This document shows, piece by piece, positions 37,318-49,789 of a stretch of 64,000 bases of DNA. The translations under genes were made by a program, and so were the position numbers. The DNA is from Schmidtea polychroa (Eukaryota). Position 1 is the first letter of the stretch. The number at the start of each line of letters is the position of its first letter. The stretch lies in contig CM097886.1 of assembly GCA_044892525.1 (NCBI GenBank), positions 135,408,001 through 135,472,000 of the forward strand, written 5' to 3'. The notes under the pieces are model-generated. The model had not been told where the DNA came from, made no database searches, and saw nothing but the letters and a program-made list of their open reading frames with translations.

Positions 37318-37510
37318 TTATTCTCTATCTACAATTTTAGAAAAATGAAATTGTCGAACAGATTTCACTAAAGCCCATTCAACAAATCTATGGTACCGAT
37401 CCACACAGCAACTACATCCACTCCACAATAACGGCAGCACATTCGCCTGAAAATAAAATATATTAAATTTAAAATTTACCATAATGGTCGATTTCATTTC
37501 CAATGGTGTT
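37318..37510 (-). pseudogene. deleted homolog of Polinton ORF 51064-51474
   Basis: GCSCC.DRYHRFVEWALVKSVR.FH.S.IV shared; EIDHY followed by an intron at the same position. Confidence 0.7.
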
Positions 37511-37559
37511 TGATATATTATACATTTTGAAACTGACGTGAAATGAGTAAACCAACTGC

Positions 37560-37905
37560 ATCTAATGATAGTCTTAATTCGGTGTTTTAGTTTCTATATA
37601 CATAAAATATAGGTGCTAGTTTGAATTTAATTGCACGATGAATTTTAACAACCTTCGCACCGAGTGACAGATAAAGTTTAAGAAGCCTCCAATGAAGAAC
37701 ATAGTTCTTATTGGGTCAATGCGTGAGCATTAACTTCTCATCTTTTCTGGAGCAATAGAAATATCTTTCAAAAAATTATGCAGACATTCTGGAATTTCAA
37801 TATTAACCTCCATAGTATAACAAAATGGAAGGTTTTTGATATTCTCATTCATACATTCAGTGAGCACATAATTCAGATTTTCATGAGCCCAAAGTCACCA
37901 TATGG
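37560..37905 (-). pseudogene. Polinton protein-primed DNA polymerase B fragment
   Basis: MEVNIEIPECLH.FLKD..IAPEK and KLML...NKNYVLHWRLLKLYLSLGAKVVKIHRAIKF, frameshifted. Confidence 0.7.
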
Positions 37906-38236
37906 TTGGGTTAGAACTGAATTCCAACTGGTGTATTAATCTAACATTAACGTTAACTAAAGTTTTCTACCCATCGGTTTGATTAAAGTTGTCTTTTATA
38001 ATTATCCTTAACCAGATGCTTTATCCTTAACTATGCTTTAGACGATAATTTGTATAACTTATATTAATAAGTGTAACTTAAAATTTTTCTTAACATAACG
38101 CCCCCTCCAGATACGAGCTTAGACCACATTAATTGATATTTTACTTTATATTATAGTTAGAATTGTAACTTAAAAATATTTTTTGACCCCTTTAGATTAT
38201 ATATCTATCAATAATTTTACTAATATAAAATACTTA

Positions 38237-38449
38237 CCGCATATACTCGCGTATAAGTCGAGAAATTTACGTCAAATTTTCAAGTCAAAATAACCGCTTT
38301 GACTTATACGCGAATCAAAAAACGTACAAATTAATTTTTAATGAAATCATTAAACATTTTTTTATTTTTGTTCGACTTATACGCGGGTTTCCAATTTAGG
38401 ACTTAAAAACCTCTTAAAATTTACTCGACTTATACGCGAGCATATACGG
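38237..38449. mobile_element. Tc1/mariner-superfamily (pogo-like) MITE, 213 bp
   Basis: TIRs CCG(C/T)ATAT(A/G)CTCGCGTATAAGTCGAG; TA TSD. Confidence 0.85.
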
Positions 38450-38788
38450 TATATATTTACTTATCTTATATTTGAATTTAAAATTATAATTCTCAAATTC
38501 CATGAATGAACCCCCTCATTTTATATATCTAGCAATAATTACACTAAGATAGCCTACTTATAGATATAGTTACCTTATATTTGATTTTAAAACTTTAATT
38601 TTTAAATTTTATAAATGACCCCCCCCCCCCCTCAATTATTCTAGTCAGTCAGAGTTATATATGAAATTAGATAATATGAATTTATATTTTAACTTATATA
38701 ATATTTAAAATTATAACTTAAAATCTATTTTTTTAACCCCCTTCAAATATTCTAGTCAGGCAACATTGCTTAAATATAAGAAACCAGA

Positions 38789-39561
38789 TGTTGTAAAATT
38801 CGGGGGTTTATCCTTAACTATTTGAATTACAGTATTTATGTAATGCACTATTGCGTGTGTAATGGGTATGCAATTTGTATTTGAATGACTATGTTATAAG
38901 AAGCTTGATGAACCCGATAGAGTCACCGTTAAAAATTGTGGCGGGACAATCGGGTGTGTGTATATATGCGTGCTTACAAAACCCTGATAAAATGATAAAT
39001 ACCGTATATTTCGGCGTATAAGACGACCATTAAAGTCAAAAAATCACCCTTGAAAATTGTGGGTCGTCTTATACAACCGATATAAAAGAAAGTATTACAG
39101 TACAGGTAGTTGTATTTATACTAGTTGTATTTATACTACTACAACCGATATATGATAAATCATAAAAATTTGCTCTAATTTTGTACCTCGTCTTATCTGA
39201 CGGTCGCCTTATACGCCGAAATATACGGTAGCTAACAATAACTATCAAACATTTTATTAAAGAATAAAATTTATTCGACCTGACTTAGGAAATATCTTTA
39301 TATTCTCGTTTTGATGGACTTGGATTAAATGGGTAATTGAAATTAAACTTTGGAAATATCTTTGTATTCTCTTTTAATTTTTTTCGATTTTTTTCTTCGA
39401 TTTTTCACATTTTCGGTTTACTATAGTTAATTATCGCTATATAGTTTTTTTAGATTTTTATTTCAGGACGTCGAGGGCGCCAAAAAAGGAGTAAAAATAA
39501 AACCTAATTGAGGTTCCGTTTTGGCTCATAATTGTCATTAAAAATGTAAAATTCTAATACA
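38789..39561 (-). repeat. 3' LTR (contains a MITE)
   Basis: TGTTGTAAAA...CTAATACA; PPT AAAGGGGGAAGT adjacent; near-identical to 62326-~62680 where they overlap. Confidence 0.8.
39002..39228. mobile_element. pogo-like MITE, 227 bp
   Basis: TIR CCGTATATTTCGGCGTATAAG; TA TSD confirmed by the empty site in the 5' LTR (ATAAATAGCTAAC). Confidence 0.93.
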
Positions 39562-39899
39562 TAACTTCCCCCTTTAAAACCGGAGGTTAACATGAACGAT
39601 AAAAATAAAAATGAAATGAACGGTAACATTCGGCAACACTTTTTATTATTATTTTTTTTGTATGCTTTGTATATTTTTTTATATGTTTTCTATGTATTTT
39701 GTTTCTGTTTTTTTATATAAAACTTGGATAAAACGAAAAATTTACAATTTACTCTATATTTACAACGATATCGATAAAACTGTACAATTGACATTGTTTG
39801 TGCGTGTTTTTTTTAAAATTTTTTTGTGTTTCAGTTTTATTTTAAAACAATCGCTGTATCGTTTTTTTATAGGGGTGTGATTATTGTATCTTTGTCAAA

Positions 39900-42891
39900 T
39901 AGTTTGATTGTGTTTTTGTGGTTAAATGTGATGTTTTTGTGAATTGGTTGTATTTTCGTTTGTATTTGTGTTTTGTTTTCTGGTGGATTGTTTTGTGGAT
40001 TTTTCGTTCTGTTGATAAGGTTTTAAGCTGCGTATGTTTATTTTGATTTGTTTATTATCTTTTAAGATAGTGCCGACGTTTTTGTACATATTTAATAGTT
40101 TGTATGGGCCTTCGTACTTTTTTTCAAATCCGCTAGTGACGGGTTTCTTTACTAAGACCATATCTATTATTAGTTCTGTTTGGTTTTGTGTTTGTTGAGT
40201 GTTTTTGTTTTTTAGAATGTTTTTTGTTTGGGTATTTGTGATTCTTTATCGATTGTTTTTATCTTGTTTTCGTTTTCATCTTTTAAGTTTAGTAGGTTTG
40301 TATTGTGTCCAAAAATTGATTGACTAGGACTTTTATTGTTTAAGCTTGAAGGATTGTTTCATAATCCTATTAGTATTTCTGGCAATTTTTCAGTTGTTAT
40401 TCTTTTTTGTTCTGATGGATTGTTTTATTGATCGGTGTAATCTCTCCACTTTTCCATTTGATTGTGAGTTGTATGCTGTCGTTCTGATTTTGTTGATGTT
40501 ATATTTGTTTCAAAGTCTTAAAAATGTCGGATTCGAACGGTCTACCCTGATCGCTGATTATTGTCTTTGGACAGCGATACCGTGCGAACCAGTTTAGTTC
40601 TAATTTACTGCATATTTTTGCTGCTGATATTTCCTTTATGGGTATGGCTTCGAACCAATTTGTTTTTCGCTCTATTATAGTTAATAAATACTTGTATGTC
40701 GATATGTATCGTTTCGAACGGTTCAGAACTTGGGAATTCTTCAATTGTTGTTTTGAATTGTTTTGTTGTTATTTTATTCTTTTGACACTGGGCAATTTTT
40801 TACGAACTTTTTTACGTCTTCTCATTTAAGGCCAAACAACTTTGGTATGCAGAAGTTCGTATGTGGCTTTGTTACCCGGATAGTAGATGTTGTGATATTT
40901 CTGGAGGTATTGATCGCGCTGTTCTGCTGGTACTATAATCCTTTTGTTGTTGTTGTTTGAAGTGTCGTACCATATGCCGTCTATTTCTTCCAATTGGAGT
41001 AAATTCAACCTAGGAATTTCGATTATTGTTTCTTTTTGTTTAGTTTTTAAATTTTCTAACTCTGATGAGTGGTATGTTAAGTGCATTGATGTCGGTTTCT
41101 ATTCTTGATAATGCGTCTGCACTTATGTTAGCTGAACCTGCTATGTATTTTATTTTACAATTAAATTGTGAGATATAGTTTAGTTGTCTTATTTGTCTCG
41201 GTGAAGGGTTTTTCATGTTCATTGCGTTTATTAAGGGGAAATGTCTGATTGTATCATGTAGCTCTAATAACTCCCTGTCGAAAGTGAAGTATCTCATTTG
41301 GTGAGTTTTAAGTTTCTTTGAGAAGAAGGCTATTGGTCTTTTTTCATTATTTTCTTCTTGGAATATCGTTCCACCCATTGCTAATCCCGAACAATCTGTG
41401 TTGACTATGTATGGTAATTCTTGGTTGGGCTAGCATAGGATGCTTGCGTTTTCTAGGTTTTCATTTGCCTGTTCGAAAGCTGTTATTAGATTTTCATTCC
41501 AATTTATTTTGATGTTTCTCTTTATTTTGAGTTCGTTGAGAGGGGCTAACATTTCGCTACATTTTGGTATGTATTTGTGATAGAAGTTGATCATGCCAAG
41601 GAAACGTCTTAGCTCTTTTGTAGTTTTGGGTAACGGATAATTTTGATTGCTTTGATTTTGTCGTCTAATGGTTTTGTTCCGTTTTCGTTTAACAGGTGTC
41701 CCAAAAATTTTATTTCTGTTTTCAAAAATTCACATTTTTTTATGTTAATTTTTAGTTCATGTTTGCTTAATATTTCGAACACGTTTTTAATGTTTTGTAT
41801 GTTCTGTTTTGTTTGCTGATGCTATCAAGATGTCGTCTAGGTATGCGACTGTGTTTTGTTGATATCGAAATATTTGGTCCTTGAAGCGTTGGAGTGGCTG
41901 CTGCGTTTTTTATTCCAAAAGGCATTTTGTTATATTCGAAAAGTCCTATGGGTGTGATGATTGCAGTTTTCTTTATGTTTTCCGTTCTAACAGGAATTTG
42001 ATGATAGGCTTTTTCTAAGTCTATTTTGCTGAATATTTTGGGTTTGTTAAATCTGTGTTTCAGTTAAATCAGTGTCGTTTATTATTGGAATTGGGTATTA
42101 GTCGGCTGTTGCGATATTGTTTTATGCTCCGTAGTCTCCACAGGCTCGCCATTCACCGTTTGCCTTTAAGCATGAGAGCTGATGACCAGTTTGAGTTTGA
42201 GTGTTTGACGATTTGGTTTTCTAGTAGTTTGTCGAATATTTTCTTAGTTATTTCGAGTTTATTTTTGTCTAATTGTCTGACTTGCATGAACTGGGTTTCC
42301 GTTGCTAATTATTATGTGTTCGGTTATGCATTTTGTGTTATTGTTTGCCTCTAGTTTATTAGTTATATTTGGTACATTTTGTATCAGTTTTGCGATTTCA
42401 TTAGGAATATGCCAGTTTGTTTCTGTTTTAATTATTTTGTTTCACCGTGTAAGCCTGTTATTACTCCGATGTCACAATTGATTTGTTTCTTGGATTGTTT
42501 ATTTTTGTTGTATATGTTGTTTAAATTGTTTGGTAAGACCTTTCCGTTCTTGTAGTCGACTAGTAGATCGAAGTTTGAAAGGAAATATGCTCCTAAAATG
42601 GCTTGTTTGACTTCAGCGATAGTGAATTGCCAATTGTATTGTGTTGTTGATGGTGATTTTAATGTTTTGTTTCCCGAACGTTTTGATTGGGCTACAGTTT
42701 TCTGCACACAAATTCGCGGTTTCTGTATTTATATTTTTATATAAGTAATTCGGTAACAATGAAGTTATTGAACCTGAATCAACAAGAAAATTAAGGCCAT
42801 TGCTATGCACCGTGAATGTTTGACATTCACCAATTGTCGGTGCTATCATTGGTGAGTTTATATGTTTTCCGACTCTTCTTTGTCGAAGCAA
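39900..42891 (-). pseudogene. pol: decayed gypsy pol (PR, RT, RNase H, IN)
   Basis: FLVDSGS; AYLDDI; RPIAFFSKKL...DRELL; IISDQGRPFES; YEGPYK; many stops and frameshifts. Confidence 0.88.
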
Positions 42892-42899
42892 GGTTTGTT

Positions 42900-43310
42900 A
42901 GTAGGTAGAAGTGAGCCCACAATGACTCATCGTTAAGGTCAACTTAAGGGCATAAAAAATTTTAAGGCCAATGTCATTTTCAGGACAATTTAAAGTCAAT
43001 TTAAACCATTTTAAGTTCAAAATATAAGGTCAAAGTCGATTTTAGGCCATTTTAATGTCAAAGTCGATTTTAGGCCATTTTAAGGTCAACTTTTGAGGCC
43101 AAAATCTAATTTTTCCAAATTTATGGTCAATTTTTAAGGTCATAAAAATTTTTGAGTTCAAACCCCTACCCATAATTTTAAGGTCAATTTTAAAAATTTT
43201 CTTAAGAACATTTAACGAATTACTTTATAGAAAATTGTCAAAGTCAAAACACGTTTTAATACTACGTTTGCAAATGTCTTTGTTATATGTCTTTGTTATA
43301 AATATTTCTA
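42900..43310 (+). repeat. Polinton left TIR with AAGGTCA-type subrepeats
   Basis: Inverted copy at ~60770-61120. Confidence 0.85.
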
Positions 43311-43892
43311 AGCGAGATCTTAAGTGAATGTGTGTAAAGGGCAATAAATAAGGGTAAAATCAAATTTTTTTTAGGAAAATACATGTAATTTGGTTTAAAT
43401 TTATGAAAACTATATATATCTTTTATTTTGGGCTGATAATCTATGTGTGTCTGTATATGAAAACATTGATAAGGAGCCAAAATATCAAATCAAATCTCTT
43501 ATGTTTTACATTTAACTATATTAATCAATAAGAATCATAACTAGTATTAGTATAAATTAAACAGTATATTTAAAATTAATGTACAATGTCAAAATCAAAT
43601 TTTGCAGAAAACATCTTAAAAGGTTTGGTTAATGAGAATATCGCACAAAGCCTCAGTTTCCTGGTTAAGCAAACTGAGAAAATCATTGAGGGAAACCATG
43701 TCGACTACCAGACCATGCTTGATATGTAATGCCTGGAGACGAAGAAATTTTATTTCAATAGGATCTTCGACTGTCTATTCGACGACCAAATGAAGTGAAC
43801 CAGAATAATCATAGGTTTTACCTATATGAAGATTATTATAGAAAGGAGTCTATAAGATGCTGACCATTATAATCTGTGGTCTCAAGAAGTCA

Positions 43893-43971
<79 letters not shown>
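43893..43971 (+). repeat. (ATT)n microsatellite
   Basis: About 26 units. Confidence 0.95.
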
Positions 43972-43973
<2 letters not shown>

Positions 43974-44502
43974 TTGGCGTATGAGGGGAGAAAAGGAAAA
44001 TTTAAAAATTTTATCACCAGATATATGATTACGTGTATTTGACTCAGACCTTTCCCCGATCATACTCCTATTGACTTTATGAATATTCCCTCATGTGAGC
44101 CCGTGGCTCACGTTGGTGATGCCCACACGGGTTGGAGTTGGTTAACAGTTGAGCCCCTGCCTTAGGACTACTGTTAATCCCCTCGTGGTTCGGGTTCCAC
44201 GGTGCCTTAGAAGGACTTACCCACATTCATACATAGCTCGGTCCGATTCTGATCGAAAGGAACGACCTTCAACCTAATTACCTTCATTCCGCAGCATTAT
44301 TTCGTTTACCCCGATTGCACAATCAAACATATGGAAACTTTACAAAACCAAAACAAACACAAAAAAATATATTGACACCGAAACGAAAATACATTACAAC
44401 TAATAGATCGACAGCATTTGAACCATTAGAATATGCAATATTGTCAAAGTTTGCAAGCCAATTTACAACTCGAAGAAGAATTCGAGATCAATTGTAAGCC
44501 GT

Positions 44503-45264
44503 TTAGGCAAAGCCATCCCCGTCGGCAATCATCTCGTCGATGTCGACAGGTAATCGACAGTCCGATATAAATTTGATGCCGTTGGCCGGAACAATGCGGC
44601 AGATTTCTTTCGAGGGGATTGAGTGTGTGGACGATATTTCTTTGATCTTCGAGTGTGCCACTGATAAGGACGCTTCGAGTGCTGTTATTGCATCTCTGCG
44701 CTTTTTATTCTTCTCTGCCCGGGTCGGTCGTTTTCGTTTCCGAGACGGCGGGTGATTTTCGGCCACTGAGGTCACAACGGGGGCCACGAGGACTGGGGCC
44801 AGAATGGGATCCGAAGGACCGCCTTTCATTGGTAGATAGCCCGACAGTACTGGGGCTGGGATGGGCGGCAGATGTGAGCCATGCCCCTGACAATTTGTGG
44901 TGGAAGATGTAGAGGACTGGTGGTGGAGAGGGAAAACGTTCGTTCCATCCACGACAGGAAATTCGCGCACCCGTTTGGCTAGTTCTGCCTCCGTATAGAC
45001 CTTGTGGAGGGCTTCGGACTGGGCCTTTATTGTGAGTCTTTGACAGCGGCTCTCCTCCAGGAGGCTGTCTCTGCAGTGCTCTAATCTGAGGATCTTACTT
45101 CGCTCTTCTTTCATCTGTGGCGGGGAGAACCACGTTCCTTCGTAGAGGTCTATTCGTTTCTTGAGAGCCCCGATATACAAGTGAAGTTGGGCGATATCCG
45201 CGTTATTGTCAGCACAAGAAAAACACGGGCGAAGTTCTTTAGCATTGTTGGACGGTGTAGTCAT
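44503..45264 (-). CDS. unknown 253-aa protein inside element B (CxxC, coiled coil, Pro-rich segment, RKRKR basic patch)
   Basis: Intact ORF; high amino-acid identity to 16744-17460 with abundant synonymous changes. Confidence 0.85.
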   Translation of the reverse strand: MTTPSNNAKELRPCFSCADNNADIAQLHLYIGALKKRIDLYEGTWFSPPQMKEERSKILRLEHCRDSLLEESRCQRLTIKAQSEALHKVYTEAELAKRVREFPVVDGTNVFPLHHQSSTSSTTNCQGHGSHLPPIPAPVLSGYLPMKGGPSDPILAPVLVAPVVTSVAENHPPSRKRKRPTRAEKNKKRRDAITALEASLSVAHSKIKEISSTHSIPSKEICRIVPANGIKFISDCRLPVDIDEMIADGDGFA

Positions 45265-46525
45265 CTAGAAATTTAATCATTTTTCAGGCGCAGTCGCAAT
45301 ATTCATTAGCGTAGCATTTACGATTTAGAACATAGGCTTAAAAATTTCATCAATCGTACCACTCTTCCCCCATATCTCGGCGCTTCACATTCATTCGGTT
45401 ACGAAAAACTTTCAAATTTATTTACCTAATTATGATAATTGAGAAAAGAAAACGGGGAAATCCTCGAATTTAATTTACTCGACATAAAAATTTTCAGGTT
45501 GGATAGTCCCCACCTATTACCCTTTTAGTTAATTGTTATTGGTAATTCTACCTTTTTTATAATCCGAAAATAATTAAAAATCCAATTCTTGGTATCGTGG
45601 TTTGTCGATTGGTGCATGCCTAATGTAATAGAGTCGGAATTCGGTACCATTTATATTTATTTGTGCGATATCAATTCCAATCAACGCTAAAAAATTCAAA
45701 ATATGCTATACAAAAATGCGTGATAAATTAAAATATAATTATTTACAAAGCGCGCCGTAGTCGTCGTCATGGAGACGTTTACCTGTAGTCATGCATTATG
45801 AATGAATTTTAAGCGTACTAATACTCCTTGTCGCACCTGTGGTTGTGTATTGGTTATTACAGCGAATGATTATTTATGCTTTTTGGAGAGGTTATTAAAT
45901 GTCAAGTTGAGAAATCCATTCCTTTACCCCTGCCTACCGTCTCACTGTTTTTGGAAAAATTCATGTTATCACGCAATCATTACATCACCAAAAAATTTTC
46001 TGCCCTAATCGTAGATTTATCTGTATGCTGCCTTGCGCAGAATTGACGGGTGTGAACGTGTGTATGTGCCTTCCTAAGTCAGAGTAATATGGATTGCATA
46101 ACAGCTTCCTTAAACAAGCAGCAGCCGTAGACAGATCGGGAGAGTCAGATTAAGCATCATGAGTAGGCGACAAATCAGTAGATTACTGAGTAAGCTTGAT
46201 TTTATTATCCAACTCCTTTTTACGATGTTGATTTAGGGCAACAACTATCGACTTATTCGATCGACAATTCCTACCAGAAAACCGATACACTATCTCCCCT
46301 TCTAAGACATTATCAGCTATCCACGTCAGCTAACTCCAAGCTGGCTAAGATTAATCGACGAATTTTGTTATCGTTGGCAACTATCTCCTTCGAGCTTATA
46401 GTGAGTATTTTTATAATTTATTACGAGATGTTTACTCCTCTGTCAGAGAGAAATTGCTTATCACTGATATCGGCAATTCAAGGATAACAGTTCAATTTAA
46501 GAGTACACCGACGATGGATGTAGTC

Positions 46526-47462
46526 CAGTGTTTCCCAACCTTTTTTAGCTCATGTCCCCCCTAGCTGAATTTTTTTTTCTTTTGTCCCCCCTATGCAAAA
46601 CATTTTACAGTTTTTAAAAAATTTCCAACTATTTTTATTGATATACGTAATTAATAGATAAAGATTAATTTTTTTATTCAATGAGACAATTGACTCTGAT
46701 GGTTACTGCAGAGTGATTTAATATTAGGTTCGAAGTTGGTAAGTTTAAGCCTTAGATCTCCTCTTTCAATGATATCTAAACGATTTCTCTTCTTGATAAG
46801 TAAATCATTAATTACACTAAATCCACATTCAGATAAATCGTCGGTTTAAAAGCAGAAATCACTAAGTCAAAAAACTCACTAAGTCAACTTTGATTGTATT
46901 ATAATAGCACGATTGACTTAGTGCAATAAATGTCCGCCTAAAAACCTCAACAATATCAATTTACGACTTATAAGATTTTGCCCATATAAAGTTGGCATTA
47001 TAATGATTTAATTTAGTACAAAAAATCAAAATCTTGGAAAATGTACTTAGTGAATTTAGCTTGTAAAACAACGAAATAGGTAGTGGGAAATGGTAATAAT
47101 AGTTTTCTTGCATAAGATGTTGACATTGGATATTATTTATTCATCTCATCGCTAAGCCATGCCATTATCCCTTTCAAACCAAACAGATTTTTTATTGATT
47201 CATCGTTTTGAATCTCAGCGATTTCTTCTATATATTCGAAATTTTCGAATTCTGCCAAATCTATAAGCATCGTCTGTGTTATCCAATTTGGGAAGATAAT
47301 TTCTTTTAAGTCTGAAAACCTCTCTTCTAAGTCTTCTATAAGTAATTTTAAATGGTCAAGAATCAAACCTAAAATTAACATATATTCCCTAAAATTGAAA
47401 TTGCCCCCTGGAAATACAAATTGCCCCCAAGTGGGGCGTGGGCCCCACGTTGGGAAACACTG
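46526..47462 (-). mobile_element. non-autonomous Buster-type hAT (937 bp)
   Basis: 14-bp TIR CAGTGTTTCCCAAC; perfect TSD ATGTAGTC; transposase remnant 47133-47381 (EERFSDL...FPNWITQ). Confidence 0.93.
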
Positions 47463-47888
47463 ATGTAGTCGCTAGCGTCCTGGCGACACAAATCAGATAG
47501 AACCTCGGAAATGCAGTACGTTACAGAAAATGGTTGGAATTTCTCGCAAACTATGGTCGACAAGTTCTTTTTCTAACTACTCTGACCGACAAGCCGAGTA
47601 TGGAAAAGGGCTCTTCTACCTATGTGGATTCTTACCATCAATATGGACATCAATGTCAATCTCAATCTGAGTTATCCTCCTTTGGAATTTAATCATCTTT
47701 ACGACTATTGGAGATTTCGGTGTGACTGAATGAAACGATGGGATGCTCTATAAACGATCGCACTCGATGAAGGAAATTTCACTTCCCAACTGGATCTCGA
47801 CCTACTGAGTTTCTTCACCCCTCATGACACACCCAAGAACGGCATTCATTTCTGCCACCGCTCTTGCACCGTCATGAGGGAGCAATCC

Positions 47889-48523
47889 ACTCATTTCCAT
47901 TCAATTAAATCAACAATTTGTGCAAAATTTATATAATGATCAAAAATGAATGATGGGTAAATGAATAAATAAAATTTACCCGGCGACCATATCATTTTGG
48001 CTCCAAGTATGATGTCTCCCTTTCCATACAATCGCACGTTTGCTCGTAACATTGGTGAACATCTCATTCTGTTTCCACGTTTGCGTTTATGTAACACATA
48101 TTTGTAGGTCACTAAATTCTTAACAGCATATCTAGACATGCCCAAAATGGTGCCAATTGCACCATAACTGTTACCTTCCTCTTTCATCTTTATAGCAACT
48201 TCCTTTAAATCTGGAGATCTCATAATCAATTCTAAAATTAATATAAACATTAAAATCATATAAAGTAGTATAAAAAAATAGGTTAAAATTATTAATACTT
48301 AAAAATCTTTAAAGTGTGCTAAAAATTGTGTCGTATTTTAATTTTTAATAAACCTAAGAGTTCAAATATTATTTAAACTAAAAATAATATATGTCTAAGT
48401 AGTGATAATTATTAAAAGTATTACTATATTAATTACAATCATACAAAATTTATTTCATTTATTACATTATTCATGATTTTGTAACGAAATTTCTTACTGT
48501 GCTAAAAATAGTGTCGGGCAGTA
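47889..48523 (-). mobile_element. Tc1-like transposon 5' fragment
   Basis: HTH ORF (RSPDLKEVAIKMKEEGNSYGAIGTILGMSRYAV); one TIR ending GTGTCGGGCAGTA|TA with an internal repeat at ~48316; other end missing. Confidence 0.65.
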
Positions 48524-49789
48524 TATTATCATTTTCTCGAAGCATCTAATTTTTACGACATCTTCTGGATGCATATTCTGAAAATTTCTCGCGGCCGTGT
48601 TTTCCGCCGTGGCATACCTCTGGCTCGTCCACATCATACCTGAAGCTCCCAGATGGTACAGTCGCCTGCACCATGAAGAAAGGCTGTTTTTCATTTGAAT
48701 AAATTTATTGTATGAAATTGTTTTTAATCATATTTACAAAAAAAAATAAACCAGATTAAACCAACAACCATAAATAAATCAACTGCTGAGACATACCTCA
48801 AGTTTCGAAAACTTGATTAAATCGATTGAATTTGGAATTTGTCCTGAATAGATTTGTCGTTTGATTACTATATATTCCTTCCTAGATTTGGTTTCGTAGT
48901 CTCTGGAATAGTTCGCTGTTGGATAATTGAGTTAAATGTTCCGTAATCTGTAGGGTCTTGGTTAAGTTGTTTGGTAGGCTGTAGAGTATTTTTAAAAAGT
49001 GGTCAAATAATCAACAAAATTTTACCTGTAGAGTATTTTTTAAAAGTGGTACTCTACAGATATTTTCCGTTCCTTATATATTATTTTTTATTATAATATA
49101 TTAGATTTTAATGACTTAACTTATTTCTTATTATTATTTTATTTATTTTCTTATTTTTATTATTTTTCTCCTCTTTTTTCTGCGGATTTATTGCTATTTT
49201 ATGGTAATATAATTTTTTGTTTTAATTAGACTTAAGGATAGTTTTATTTTTATTTATTTCTTTAATTTCTCGTTTATTTTTCTCACTTTTTTGCTTATTC
49301 TATTTCTACTTTATCCGCTGTGTGCCTTAAATCATTTCCCTTTTGTCTTATTTCCAAATCTTAGGGGTTTTATTTATTTTGGTTACTTATTCCTATTTCT
49401 TTTGTTGGTATTTTATTGTTTCTCCCTATTTACTACTGAGATTTCGCGATAATTTATTTTTTATCTTATTTCGTTTATTTTTCCGAGGTTCGTTTCCCTA
49501 TTTGATCCAGTTTTCTCCACTTCAAAATTTAGCCCAACAATTATTATTATTATTATTTATAATATTAATTTGTAAGTAGTCAAACATAAGTTTTCGCCAT
49601 GGATCGATTCCAATGGGGGATGGGACACACTAGTCGAACTTGCCCAGAACGCACAAGAAATAGAGCAAGCCAAAGCGAAAGTCAAATGTTATATGCGATT
49701 AGCTATGGAAGTTTTATTATATGCAATGTGTAAATATTTAAATAAAAGTTAATGTTATTTATAAATATTATACTTAAAATATACACTCA

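Larger units (their letters stand above)
43972..49539 (-). mobile_element. giant solo-LTR-like element, copy B (inverted relative to A), with nested hAT and Tc1 fragments
   Basis: Right end CCCAACA; left end degenerate TTTTGGCG; ATTA flanks on both sides; shares with A the A-rich tract, the CTCTACAG duplication, the CATCGAGTGCGATC block, the ORF and the 3' region. Confidence 0.75.

Noticed and set aside
42900-43310. Initially read as two independent Helitron/DINE-like repeats (here and 60770-61120)
   Set aside because: Inverted orientation, AG-starting termini, the 6-bp TSD and the rejoined gag knuckle show they are the TIRs of one Polinton.
43857-44042. Poly-Ile ORF (and poly-Leu ORF 50869-51072)
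   Set aside because: Translations of (ATT)n microsatellites.
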